Below, piece after piece: positions 22,021 through 31,562 of a stretch of DNA of 64,000 bases (position 1 is the stretch's first letter; each line of letters begins with the position of its first letter). Made by a program: the position numbers and the translations under genes. The notes under the pieces were generated by a model, which saw nothing but the letters and a program-made list of their open reading frames with translations, was not told the origin of the DNA and ran no database searches. The stretch covers positions 5,086-69,085 of the forward strand of contig CALWPF010000004.1 in the NCBI GenBank assembly GCA_944383355.1, written 5' to 3'. Source of the stretch: an uncultured Clostridia bacterium. GTDB lineage: Bacteria; Bacillota; Clostridia; Christensenellales; UBA1242.

Positions 22021-24417
22021 CTAATATGCTTTTAGTATCAATTCAAGTTTATTATAAAAGTGAGAATTTTGCAAACTGGTTTGATTCCCGCTTAGTAGAT
22101 GTATTGAAAAGTTACCTACTTCATCAATGACTTCAATTAAACCCAATTCTACAAATGTTTCAAGACAGGCAACAAATTGTACGTAATTGATATTTTTTTG
22201 TATTCGTTTTAACTTATTGAAATAATTATAATCATCAAACGCAATCATATTACTTTTTGACATTTTCTTAAATAAATGGAAATACTCTCCAAAAACTTTG
22301 CGTGAGATGTCTAAACTTTTAAATGGGGCGTAAATAAACGGAGTTTTTTGAGGAATATATATTACAGCATTGCTATGTGTATTAAAAAATATTATGTACG
22401 CCTCATCCAATACACCATCTAAAAGTATAATTTGGTTATAGTTGCTAAAATCATTGTTCAAACTAGGACACAAACATATTGTGTTATAACCATTTACATT
22501 CGATATATTAAGATACTCATGACAAACCACGCTATTATTAAAGTCATTATTCTCAATAAATTCCTTGTAACTATACAATGTGTTTGCAATTATCAAAGTT
22601 CCATACATCCTATTTTTAAAATTATTCAAAACTTTATTTAAGTCATTCCGATCATATGTTTTATAATTAGGTTTCAAACCAGAATTATCTAATGCTAGTT
22701 GCTTTATATACTCACCACCCACTCGCTCTATACCGACGTTTGGTGCATTATCCAATTTGATATGTTTAACAATACCCTTACTTGATGCCACGCCCCTAAA
22801 CGTATCCACCTGCATTTCAATTATGGCAGACTTTTGTCCACTTTGGCTGACTGAATTAAATAGGTTCGCTGAATTGAAGCACAAAAGCGTTATATTAGGT
22901 AATTGTATAGTTAAATGATTAGCATTGTTTTTCATAGGAGTTGTAGTGGCTTTGTCAAATGTTATTTTAAATAATGGCGCACTATTTTGGCAGCCAAACG
23001 GCTGTAATTTATCTAATTCCAAGATATAATCAGTACTTATATCTTCTGGTGATATCTCCAAATCATACTCAAAGTGTGGTATAAAAAATTCATCTGGGTA
23101 CATCTCTAAAACTGTTTCATTCAATTGCTTTTTAAAATCATTAATCTTGCTACATTCCACTGTCATGCCTGCAGCCATCACATGACCACCAAAACTAGTT
23201 AAAACATTTTGCAATCTAGTAAGTATAGCATGAACATCCATTCCAGGTATGCTGCGACATGAGCCCTTGTAAAATTCCCCTTCTTTCCCTAGCAAAAAAG
23301 TGGGCCTATTAAATTCTTCTACAATTCTAGCAGCAACTATTCCAAGTATGCCAATATTCCAATTTTCTCCCGAAAGCACAATAACTTTGCTATTTGCAAG
23401 ATTTAATTTTTTTATTTCTCTGATACATTCCGTATATACTAAATTGCATAGCTCTTGTCGCTCAGTATTATATTCCAAAACTTGATCTATTAATTTCTGC
23501 AATACATTTTTGTTCTTTTCGACATATAGTAGCAGACTATGATTCGCATCACCCATACGACCAGATGCATTGATTTTTGGGGCCAATTTAAAACTTACTT
23601 CTTGACTGGTCAATTTCCCAAATATCTTCATTTCTTTTGCCAATAGTGCAATGCCTAATGGAAAACTACTCAAAGGATAATCTAATCCTAATTTTACAAT
23701 AACACGATTTTCCTCCATAAGTGGAACAATGTCGGACACTGTAGCCAGAGCAGTAACTGGTAAATATTTTTTTACAAACTCTCTCCCAGCCATCGCCTCA
23801 ACTATCTTAAATGCTACACCAGCACCACAAAGCTCTCTAAACGGATATGTCTCATTTGGTCTTTTAGCATCTATAATAAGACAGTTAGGTAAAATCTCTG
23901 GACAATCATGGTGATCAGTTACAATTATATCAATACCCAAAGACTTGATATAATCAACCTCTTTATATCCGCTGATTCCACAATCTACAGTAATTATTAA
24001 TTGTGGGGAAAACTCTCTAACGACTTTGTCAACAGTGTCCATTGTCAGTCCATATCCATCTGTATATCTATTAGGTAAAAATGTATCAGGTTTAGCCCCC
24101 AGACTCTGCAAATAATCAAGCAAAATATATGTAGAGGTTACTCCATCAACATCATAATCACCAAAAATTAAAATCCTTTCCTTATTCATTACCGCTTTAT
24201 TAATTCTTTCCACTACTTTTCCCATATCATGGAATAAAAACGGGTCATTTAACTGATTGATGTCTGGGTTTAAGAATCGACTTATCTCATCATCACTGTT
24301 AATTCCTCGCATTATCAAAAGTTCAGCAATAGATGAAGAAACAGAAAATTTTTGCGCTATATGCTGAACTTTATCTAGTGTAAGATTCTTTGAATTAGGA
24401 TTTTTTATAAACTCCAT
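22021..24417 (-). CDS. recJ: ssDNA exonuclease RecJ with C-terminal extension
   Basis: GDYDVDG, ITVDCGI, TDHH (DHH), GGHVMAAG motifs. Confidence 0.96.
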   Translation of the reverse strand: MEFIKNPNSKNLTLDKVQHIAQKFSVSSSIAELLIMRGINSDDEISRFLNPDINQLNDPFLFHDMGKVVERINKAVMNKERILIFGDYDVDGVTSTYILLDYLQSLGAKPDTFLPNRYTDGYGLTMDTVDKVVREFSPQLIITVDCGISGYKEVDYIKSLGIDIIVTDHHDCPEILPNCLIIDAKRPNETYPFRELCGAGVAFKIVEAMAGREFVKKYLPVTALATVSDIVPLMEENRVIVKLGLDYPLSSFPLGIALLAKEMKIFGKLTSQEVSFKLAPKINASGRMGDANHSLLLYVEKNKNVLQKLIDQVLEYNTERQELCNLVYTECIREIKKLNLANSKVIVLSGENWNIGILGIVAARIVEEFNRPTFLLGKEGEFYKGSCRSIPGMDVHAILTRLQNVLTSFGGHVMAAGMTVECSKINDFKKQLNETVLEMYPDEFFIPHFEYDLEISPEDISTDYILELDKLQPFGCQNSAPLFKITFDKATTTPMKNNANHLTIQLPNITLLCFNSANLFNSVSQSGQKSAIIEMQVDTFRGVASSKGIVKHIKLDNAPNVGIERVGGEYIKQLALDNSGLKPNYKTYDRNDLNKVLNNFKNRMYGTLIIANTLYSYKEFIENNDFNNSVVCHEYLNISNVNGYNTICLCPSLNNDFSNYNQIILLDGVLDEAYIIFFNTHSNAVIYIPQKTPFIYAPFKSLDISRKVFGEYFHLFKKMSKSNMIAFDDYNYFNKLKRIQKNINYVQFVACLETFVELGLIEVIDEVGNFSIHLLSGNQTSLQNSHFYNKLELILKAY

Positions 24418-24439
24418 CTCATTCCCCTTTTAAAAATGA

Positions 24440-24456
24440 CCTTCCGTATCGGAAGG
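24440..24456 (-). terminator. Hairpin between secF and recJ
   Basis: CCTTCCG-TAT-CGGAAGG, followed by TCATTTTT on minus strand. Confidence 0.6.
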
Positions 24457-24465
24457 CCCTTTATT

Positions 24466-25491
24466 TTATGCATCAACCACGTTAGAAGCTGTTGTATCCA
24501 CAATTTTTGTCTTTTCGTCTAGAACCCCAGAAGTACTCTCTTTTACATTTTTATTATTTTTATATGACTTTGCCATCAAGTACGCCCAGATAGGCCCTGA
24601 GATAAATATTGCAGCATAAGTACCAACTATCAAGCCAAACAATATCGGTAAAATGAACTCTTGCATTGATGCCACACCAAATATTGCTAGCAATAATATA
24701 GCCAAAATTGTGGTAACAGAAGTATTAATTGTTCTATTCAAAGTTTGTCGCACAGACAAATCTGCTATTTCACTTGGCGTTAAATTTGACAAACTTGATT
24801 TTTTCATATTCTCACGCACACGGTCGAAAATTATAATTGTATTATTTACTGAATAACCCAATATAGTAATGATTGCAGCGATAAATGAGGAATTAACTTC
24901 AATCCTACAAATTAGAACGAATGCACACATTAATAGGACATCATGCAACAAAACAACAACGGTTGCTACACCACTCAACAAAGTAAATCTTACAGCAATG
25001 TAAATTAACATAACTATTAACGCTAAAAAAATTGCCATTAGAGCATACGTCAAAGTTTCAGCCGAAGATGTAGCACCTTTTGTCTCCGTTTGAGAGACCT
25101 CATAACCAAGAGTCTCCGTCAACGCATCATGTACTGTCTGATTTAATTCAGCCATTTCTGCGTCATCCAAACCTGCTTTATTCTGATATTGGACCTCAAT
25201 GCTAGCATTAGCAGTCCCCTCTCCTATTATTGAAATTGAGGCTACATCAAGCCCATTTTCATTTAGCACACGAGTTATTTCCGCTGATAAATTATTAAAG
25301 GTTCCTTCTTCATTTAATTCTTCACCAACTTGCACCTCTACAACATTTCCACCTGTAAAATCAATACCAAGGTTAAAACCCATGACACACAATATTATTA
25401 TACCAGCCAACAGAATGGTACCACTCAATGCCAAAAAATATTTTGTCCATTTACTTGGGCGAAAATTCTGTTTAAATTTACTTAAGTTCAC
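24466..25491 (-). CDS. secF: Protein translocase subunit SecF
   Basis: GIDFTGG, LHDV, GYSVNNTIIIFDRVRE, RTINTS. Confidence 0.96.
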   Translation of the reverse strand: MNLSKFKQNFRPSKWTKYFLALSGTILLAGIIILCVMGFNLGIDFTGGNVVEVQVGEELNEEGTFNNLSAEITRVLNENGLDVASISIIGEGTANASIEVQYQNKAGLDDAEMAELNQTVHDALTETLGYEVSQTETKGATSSAETLTYALMAIFLALIVMLIYIAVRFTLLSGVATVVVLLHDVLLMCAFVLICRIEVNSSFIAAIITILGYSVNNTIIIFDRVRENMKKSSLSNLTPSEIADLSVRQTLNRTINTSVTTILAILLLAIFGVASMQEFILPILFGLIVGTYAAIFISGPIWAYLMAKSYKNNKNVKESTSGVLDEKTKIVDTTASNVVDA

Positions 25492-26767
25492 TTACTGTCG
25501 CCTCCCTCGTTAGCGAATATTTCTTTGCGTTAGTACTATTTATAGGATAATACATCTTCAGTAAACTCCTTGTTACAACTAAAGAAGTAAACATACTCAG
25601 TAGTATACCAATCAATAAAGTTATAGCAAATCCTTGTATGTTACCAGTACCAAGCAACCAAAGAATTAATGAAGACAAAATTGTTGTAATATTAGCATCC
25701 AAAATAGATGGAAGGGCTTTTTTGAAACCGGTTCGTATAGATGCCTCTATCCTTTTACCTGTTGCGTACTCTTCTTTTATACGTTCAAACACTATAATAT
25801 TACCATCAATTGCCATTCCAATAGACAAAACTATACCTGCTATACCCGCTAAGGTCAGCTGGACTGATGGTATGGCCTGTAAGAAAAACAGCATTAAAAT
25901 TACATAAAAAGCCAATGCAAAACATGCCAATACTCCCATCATACGATAGCGCCAAATCATAAAAGCAAAAATTAGCAACAATCCTACGCCGCCACCTATC
26001 AAGCCCCACTTCAATGCATCAACTCCCAGTGTAGCACTTACAACTGTATTCTCCAACAAAGTTAAATTTACAGAAAAAGTACCACTGAGAATCCTTAAAG
26101 CAAAGTCCTCAGCATCTTCTTGATTACTATAAGACCCTGAAATAAATGTGGATCCGCCACTAATTGCCTCATTAATAGTAGGAGCCGAATCTAAAACTCC
26201 ATTAATATAAATGTATAAACTTTCACCTACATGATCACTGGTGTACTCATAAAACTTTGTGGATCCTTCACTATCAAACTGTACAGTTACACCCCATTCA
26301 CCATCTTGACTATTATAACTAGCGTAAGCGTTACGAATATTCTGACCAGTGAGTATAACTTCTGCATCGTCGCTCTCACTACTCCTAAATTCAAGAGAAG
26401 CTGGTTCACCGATTAACTCAAAAATTTCCTCTGGATTAGATACATCTGGCACCTCGACTCTTATCCTATTATTGCCTTGGATTGATACCTGAGCCTCGCT
26501 GTATTCTGAGGAAACCAAGTCATAAATACGAGTCCTAGTTGCTTGAACCTTTGAATCAAAATCAGAAGTATCACCATCTATTGCAGAAGCCTCGTAAACA
26601 GCTAAAACTCCGCCTTTTAAATCAAGACCGAGTTTTATTGCATTTGCAAATCCTGTATAAGTATAATTAGTAAATGGTACCTCAAAACTACAAAAAGTCA
26701 GCACAATACCCAATACTAAAAATATTGCTAACATTATAAATCTTTTTATCGCTGTTGGCTTATTCAT
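25478..26767 (-). CDS. secD: Protein translocase subunit SecD
   Basis: LGLDLKGG, GMAIDGNIIVFERIKEE, DANITT. Confidence 0.96.
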   Translation of the reverse strand: MNKPTAIKRFIMLAIFLVLGIVLTFCSFEVPFTNYTYTGFANAIKLGLDLKGGVLAVYEASAIDGDTSDFDSKVQATRTRIYDLVSSEYSEAQVSIQGNNRIRVEVPDVSNPEEIFELIGEPASLEFRSSESDDAEVILTGQNIRNAYASYNSQDGEWGVTVQFDSEGSTKFYEYTSDHVGESLYIYINGVLDSAPTINEAISGGSTFISGSYSNQEDAEDFALRILSGTFSVNLTLLENTVVSATLGVDALKWGLIGGGVGLLLIFAFMIWRYRMMGVLACFALAFYVILMLFFLQAIPSVQLTLAGIAGIVLSIGMAIDGNIIVFERIKEEYATGKRIEASIRTGFKKALPSILDANITTILSSLILWLLGTGNIQGFAITLLIGILLSMFTSLVVTRSLLKMYYPINSTNAKKYSLTREATVSELK

Positions 26768-26922
26768 TCAAGCTACACTCTCCCTATCAAGTTACTTGCA
26801 ATTATACATCATATTTACAGTACAGTCAATTAATTTTAGTTAGGTTTTGGTTCTCTTTTTAGTATTGTTGACTAAAAAATAAGGTTTTAAAATCAACAAT
26901 TATACAAAAATATAAAACTATG

Positions 26923-26951
26923 TCATAATTAAAATAATCTAACCATAAAAT
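26923..26951 (+). promoter_or_regulatory. Putative sigmaE (mother-cell sporulation) promoter
   Basis: TCATAAT-14 bp-CATAAAAT upstream of the RBS of the 26981 gene. Confidence 0.5.
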
Positions 26952-26980
26952 AACTTTAGAATTTAACAAAGGAGACAAAA

Positions 26981-27379
26981 ATGAATAATAATGCAAAAAT
27001 TGAAACCAAAAATCATTCTACACTTCTTGCCGTGACAAAAGGAATTTTTTGGGCGATAAGTTTATCTTTGTTATGTGTGCTAATATTTGCTTTTGTAATA
27101 AAATATACTAGCATCAGCGAAACAGCAATACAACCAATAAATCAAGTAATAAAGGGATTGAGTATTTTACTTGCTTGTTTTATAATTAGCAAAGGTATCA
27201 AATCTAATGGCTGGTTTTGGGGATTAATAATTGGCATTTTTTACACTATTGTATCCTTTGCAATATTCTCAATTTTAGATGGAGAATTCAACTTTACTAT
27301 AAACCTGCTAAACGATATACTCTTTGGTGGAATTATGGGAGCAATCGCAGGAATATTAACGATTTCTCTCAGAAAATAA
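26981..27379 (+). CDS. TIGR04086-like four-TM membrane protein
   Basis: Four hydrophobic helices, GWFWGLIIG..Y motif, usual yajC-secD neighbourhood. Confidence 0.75.
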   Translation: MNNNAKIETKNHSTLLAVTKGIFWAISLSLLCVLIFAFVIKYTSISETAIQPINQVIKGLSILLACFIISKGIKSNGWFWGLIIGIFYTIVSFAIFSILDGEFNFTINLLNDILFGGIMGAIAGILTISLRK

Positions 27380-27380
27380 A

Positions 27381-27406
27381 TAGGCCCAAAAAAGAGCCTA
27401 TTTTTT
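27381..27406. terminator. Terminator between convergent TIGR04086-like gene and yajC
   Basis: TAGGC-CCAAAAAAGA-GCCTA followed by a T-run. Confidence 0.55.
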
Positions 27407-27976
27407 TGATTTTTTACTTGATGTTGATTTTTTAACTTTGCTTTCCGCCTTTGCCTCGTCCTCATCAACAATTTTAGTGCCATTATCAGCCAGTACATCA
27501 ACAGTTAAGTCTGCTACACCTACCTCTTCGGTGCTGGTAGCATCAGTACTAGACTGCTCATTTTGACTTTTTCTTTTCTTTGATACTTTCCCTTTTTCAT
27601 TGTTTTCTTTTTCAACCATACTAGTAGGAGAAATAACTTTACCATCACTATCTCTTACAACATCTTCCTTTGAATCAACCGTATAGATTGCATTCATATC
27701 TACCATAATATAACCTTTTTTGTCACCTTCTCCCATTTCCAATAAAGCAATCTTACCATCAGTTGTCTCTCTAATGGAAATAATGGTACCATAAAAACCA
27801 CTCGTAGTTTTGACTTTGTCACCTACTTTTAATGTATTAATAAAATTTTGTAATTGTTGATATTGTTTTTTACGTGCCGCATTCGGTATAATAAACATTA
27901 CTACCATCAATCCTATCAGCAATATCAACAACAGCCCATAAGTCTCCAAAAATGACTCACCCAATAAGCTAACCAT
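27398..27976 (-). CDS. yajC: Preprotein translocase subunit YajC with long charged C-terminal tail
   Basis: Single TM, LKVGDKVKTTSGFYGTI motif. Confidence 0.88.
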   Translation of the reverse strand: MVSLLGESFLETYGLLLILLIGLMVVMFIIPNAARKKQYQQLQNFINTLKVGDKVKTTSGFYGTIISIRETTDGKIALLEMGEGDKKGYIMVDMNAIYTVDSKEDVVRDSDGKVISPTSMVEKENNEKGKVSKKRKSQNEQSSTDATSTEEVGVADLTVDVLADNGTKIVDEDEAKAESKVKKSTSSKKSKK

Positions 27977-28058
27977 ATAAACTCCTTAAATATTTTGTAC
28001 AATTATACAAATAAAAAAACTTTTAGGCAATCAAATTATCAAAACAAAAAATAAATAT

Positions 28059-29111
28059 TCAAGAGTTTATATCCTGTTTAGAGTAGTTTTCTAGAATTTT
28101 TTGTCTATCTTTGTCCAAAGTTCTACCCAAGTGCTCATACGCTAATGGCATAGCCACTCTACCTCTATTGGTTCTAGCTAAAAAACCTAGTTGGATTAAA
28201 TATGGTTCGTATACATCTTCTATAGTACTCGCCTCTTCCCCAGTAGCGGCAGACAATGTATCTAACCCTACAGGACCACCATTAAACTTATCTATAATGG
28301 TTTTGAGCAATCTATGATCAACAAAATCCAATCCTATTTCATCAATTTCCATCATTGACAATGCACTTTTTGCTATAGGTAAAGTAATTGCACCACTTCC
28401 TCGAACTTCCGCATAATCACGGATCCTCTTCAACAATCTATTCGCTATCCTAGGAGTCCCCCTAGATGATCTCGCTATTTCCAATAAAGCTTCTTGCTCA
28501 ATTTGTGTCCCCAAGATTCTTGCCGAACGAGAAAGAATTTCCGCCAATTCAAATGGTTCATACAATTCAAGTCTGCCCAAAATCCCAAATCTATCCCTTA
28601 AGGGTCCTGTCAACATTCCAGCACGAGTAGTAGCCCCAATTAGAGTAAAATGAGGTATTGGCAAACGTACACTTTTGGCTGCTGGCCCAGTCCCCACGAC
28701 AAAATCCAAAGCAAAATCTTCCATGGCAGGATATAAAACTTCTTCCACTGCTCTTGAGAGTCTATGTATTTCATCAATAAAAAGAACATCATTTTCATTT
28801 AGATTTGACAATATCGCAGCCAAATCAGCCGCATGCTCTATTGCTGGTCCACTTGTTACCTTTATTTGAGAACCCAACTCATTAGCTATAATGTGAGCCA
28901 AAGTAGTTTTGCCTAAACCAGGTGGCCCAAATAATAAAACATGATCCAATGCGTCCTTTCTATTCCTTGCTGCTTCTATATATATAGAAACGGATCTTTT
29001 GATCTTTTCCTGCCCAACATATTCAGACAACTTTACTGGTCTGAGGCTATTTTCAATTATTGTATCCATTTCACTCTTTGTGCTAGTGATAAATCGTTCA
29101 AAATCTTCCAT
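28059..29111 (-). CDS. ruvB: Holliday junction helicase RuvB
   Basis: [24 protein letters not shown]. Confidence 0.98.
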   Translation of the reverse strand: MEDFERFITSTKSEMDTIIENSLRPVKLSEYVGQEKIKRSVSIYIEAARNRKDALDHVLLFGPPGLGKTTLAHIIANELGSQIKVTSGPAIEHAADLAAILSNLNENDVLFIDEIHRLSRAVEEVLYPAMEDFALDFVVGTGPAAKSVRLPIPHFTLIGATTRAGMLTGPLRDRFGILGRLELYEPFELAEILSRSARILGTQIEQEALLEIARSSRGTPRIANRLLKRIRDYAEVRGSGAITLPIAKSALSMMEIDEIGLDFVDHRLLKTIIDKFNGGPVGLDTLSAATGEEASTIEDVYEPYLIQLGFLARTNRGRVAMPLAYEHLGRTLDKDRQKILENYSKQDINS

Positions 29112-29112
29112 A

Positions 29113-29718
29113 TTATCTCCCTAGTGACTTAAATGCTTTTTGCAATAATGTCTCCAAAGTATCCTGCGGAGTAGCAACTTTTGAAATCAAGTCTTCTGCA
29201 ACTAATTTGTTAACACCCCAATTGATCAAAACGGTAGTCGCCATTCCTATCGTGGTATCGTCCGCACTTGGTGTTGAATCCATAGTTATCTGACCGCTAA
29301 CAGCTTCCACACCTGCTAGGCTCATTTTTTCTTTTAGTTCCAATAATATGCGCTCTCTTATTTTTGTACCAACACCCTTTATCCCTTTTAGCAAGTTGGG
29401 CTGCTGTGTTGCAACAGCCACGGTTAGATCTCTAGCCGAGATACTACTTAATACCAATATTGCCATCTTGGGACCTACTCCATTAACAGAAATTAGCTTT
29501 TTAAATACTTCTCTTTCAATTTTGTCAATAAAACCATATAGTGACATCTCATCTTCACGGCAATGTAAATATGTATACAATGTTACTGTAGCACCAATTT
29601 CTCCTAATTTTGTGAAGCAATATGAACTAACAAAAGCTTCATATCCAACTCCACCACAATCCACTACAATTGTATTGTCATATTTATCCGCTATTATTCC
29701 TCTCAAAAAACTGTACAT
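29113..29718 (-). CDS. ruvA: Holliday junction binding protein RuvA
   Basis: [24 protein letters not shown]; start moved to MYSFLRG behind the GAGG RBS. Confidence 0.95.
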   Translation of the reverse strand: MYSFLRGIIADKYDNTIVVDCGGVGYEAFVSSYCFTKLGEIGATVTLYTYLHCREDEMSLYGFIDKIEREVFKKLISVNGVGPKMAILVLSSISARDLTVAVATQQPNLLKGIKGVGTKIRERILLELKEKMSLAGVEAVSGQITMDSTPSADDTTIGMATTVLINWGVNKLVAEDLISKVATPQDTLETLLQKAFKSLGR

Positions 29719-29726
29719 AAAAATCC

Positions 29727-30215
29727 TCACATTAACTTTTTTAACTTTTGATTTGTTTGACTATGACACATAGCCATGGCTATTGCATCAGCTGCATCAT
29801 CTGGTCTAGGTATCTTTTGTAATTTTAGTATGGTTTTTACCATAAATTGTACTTGATGTTTATCCGCTTTTGCAGTACCTACCAAAGCACTTTTTACTTG
29901 CAATGGTGTATATTCGTAAATTGCAACTTTACTTTGTTGTGCAGCTAACAATATTACTCCCCTAGCCTCTGCAACAGGAATAGCAGTAGTTATGTTCCTT
30001 CCCCAATATAACTTTTCTATAGCCAAATCATCAGGTTTAAATTTATCAATTAATAACTTAATACTATCATAAATTATTTCTAATCTTTCGTTTAGAGTTT
30101 TATCTTTTGGAGTGGATATTGCACCATAATCTAACACCCTCAAACCAGTAGGAAGTTTCTCTATCACCCCATACCCAATTAAACCATAACCAGGGTCTAT
30201 TCCAAGAATAATCAC
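29727..30215 (-). CDS. ruvC: Crossover junction endodeoxyribonuclease RuvC
   Basis: ILGIDPG, AIE, EYTP.QVK, DDAADAIA. Confidence 0.96.
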   Translation of the reverse strand: MIILGIDPGYGLIGYGVIEKLPTGLRVLDYGAISTPKDKTLNERLEIIYDSIKLLIDKFKPDDLAIEKLYWGRNITTAIPVAEARGVILLAAQQSKVAIYEYTPLQVKSALVGTAKADKHQVQFMVKTILKLQKIPRPDDAADAIAMAMCHSQTNQKLKKLM

Positions 30216-30394
30216 GCAATCACCTCTATTTACATCTTAGATAGGATACCACAACTATAAAATATTGTAAAATGTTTGTAATAAATTCAAATAAATGTTC
30301 TAATTCTATTTATAACTCAATTGGGTATAATTATAAAATTATCAAGTACTAACACATAAAATTTAAAAAAATCATATAAATTTATAAAAATCAC

Positions 30395-30423
30395 TTGATT
30401 TTTGTAAATAATTTTGATAGTAT
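30395..30423 (+). promoter_or_regulatory. sigmaA-type promoter of the tRNA cluster
   Basis: TTGATT-17 bp-TAGTAT about 35 nt upstream of tRNA-Val. Confidence 0.6.
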
Positions 30424-30458
30424 ATGACTGTTCACTTGTGAAATTCACTCGTGGACTT

Positions 30459-30534
30459 GGGAGCTTAGCTCAGCTGGTAGAGCATCTGCCTTACAAGCAG
30501 AGGGTCATAGGTTCGAGCCCTATAGCTCCCACCA
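30459..30534 (+). tRNA. tRNA-Val (anticodon TAC)
   Basis: Full cloverleaf, anticodon loop CTTACAA, GTTCGA T-loop, encoded CCA. Confidence 0.97.
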
Positions 30535-30537
30535 TAT

Positions 30538-30613
<76 letters not shown>

Positions 30614-30621
30614 CTTAATCT

Positions 30622-30695
30622 GGCGCCATAGCCAAGTGGTAAGGCTCAGGTCTGCAAAACCTTCATCCCCAGTTCAAATCTGGGTGGCGCCTCCA
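30622..30695 (+). tRNA. tRNA-Cys (anticodon GCA)
   Basis: Cloverleaf, loop CTGCAAA, U73 discriminator, CCA; C-T mismatch at top of anticodon stem. Confidence 0.95.
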
Positions 30696-30706
30696 CTATA
30701 CAACGA

Positions 30707-30792
30707 GCCGAAGTGGCGGAACTGGCAGACGCAAGGGACTTAAAATCCCTCGAAGGCGACTTCGTGCCGGTTCGAGTCCGCCTTCGGCACCA
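30707..30792 (+). tRNA. tRNA-Leu (anticodon TAA), long variable arm, T-stem one nt short
   Basis: GCCGAAG/CTTCGGC acceptor, loop CTTAAAA, variable arm CGAAG-GCGA-CTTCG, CCA. Confidence 0.92.
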
Positions 30793-30805
30793 AATAAAGT
30801 AAAAT

Positions 30806-30838
30806 AAAGAACTTTAACAGAGTCTGTTAAAGTTCTTT
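30806..30838. terminator. Terminator after tRNA cluster
   Basis: Perfect 15-bp inverted repeat AAAGAACTTTAACAG-AGT-CTGTTAAAGTTCTTT. Confidence 0.85.
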
Positions 30839-30975
30839 GATTTTTATAAACACATTTAGTCAACTATAGCAGCATAAATCTATTTAAACAATAAGTTATT
30901 TATTGATTAACCAACTAAACAAAAAGTTATCAAGTAATTAATACATGATAACTTTTAAACACAACTTTTGTCCTA

Positions 30976-31371
30976 TTAAACTATAGGTGCATTTGCAGGT
31001 GGATTATTGTCAGCCACATTGGTTGAGTCTTCATTATTATCCACTACTTTTTTACTAGATTCATCAGGACTCTCATAATGCCTATAGTGAGTAAATTTCT
31101 CTATATATTTTTCAGGCACATATGGATTAATTTCTTGCCTAATGATTACTCTATCTTCCGACTTTGCATCTCGTGTTCTTGTCTCCTTCCCTACAGAATG
31201 ACGAGTATTGTTCCTATTAAGATATCTATTTAATATTTCATCTCTTTCAGATTGAGTTTTTGCTTCTTCCATGTCATTCATAATATATGAAGGAACAACT
31301 TTCCTCATTTCAGGCGCGAAAGACTCATAACTTAAAATAACTTTATTTGGATTTTTTTTGTATTCTTGCAT
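30976..31371 (-). CDS. Hypothetical protein (131 aa, charged)
   Basis: GGGGAG RBS before MQEYKKN; TTGCAA-17-TACAAT promoter at 31399-31427; no recognisable motif. Confidence 0.65.
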   Translation of the reverse strand: MQEYKKNPNKVILSYESFAPEMRKVVPSYIMNDMEEAKTQSERDEILNRYLNRNNTRHSVGKETRTRDAKSEDRVIIRQEINPYVPEKYIEKFTHYRHYESPDESSKKVVDNNEDSTNVADNNPPANAPIV

Positions 31372-31504
31372 ATTCATCTCCCCTTTATATCTCGTCTTAT
31401 TGTAGCACATAAAAATATAAATTGCAATACAAGTAGTAAAATTAGGTAAAAATGAATCAAGAAAATTGATTAAAAATTCTTTTTTACAAAAATATTCACA
31501 TTAA

Positions 31505-31533
31505 TTGATAAAATTTATTAAACATGGTAAAAT
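31505..31533 (+). promoter_or_regulatory. sigmaA-type promoter of aldehyde dehydrogenase
   Basis: TTGATA-17 bp-TAAAAT with extended -10 TG. Confidence 0.6.
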
Positions 31534-31562
31534 CATGAATATGTAAATATTAGGAGTGAGAA

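Noticed and set aside
26768-26980. SCIFF (six-cysteine) peptide gene in the secD-TIGR04086 gap
   Set aside because: No Cys-rich small ORF with an RBS seen on either strand
30289-30300. LexA box upstream of ruvC (GAACATTTATTT)
   Set aside because: Only one half-site matches well in very AT-rich sequence
30429-30456. Small hairpin in the tRNA operon leader (GTTCAC..GTGA-AAT-TCAC..GTGGAC)
   Set aside because: Short, and explainable as ordinary precursor leader structure; nothing supports a separate RNA
30707-30792. tRNA with anticodon TAA as an ochre suppressor explaining the internal stops
   Set aside because: Anticodon UAA decodes UUA (Leu); an ochre suppressor would need anticodon UUA
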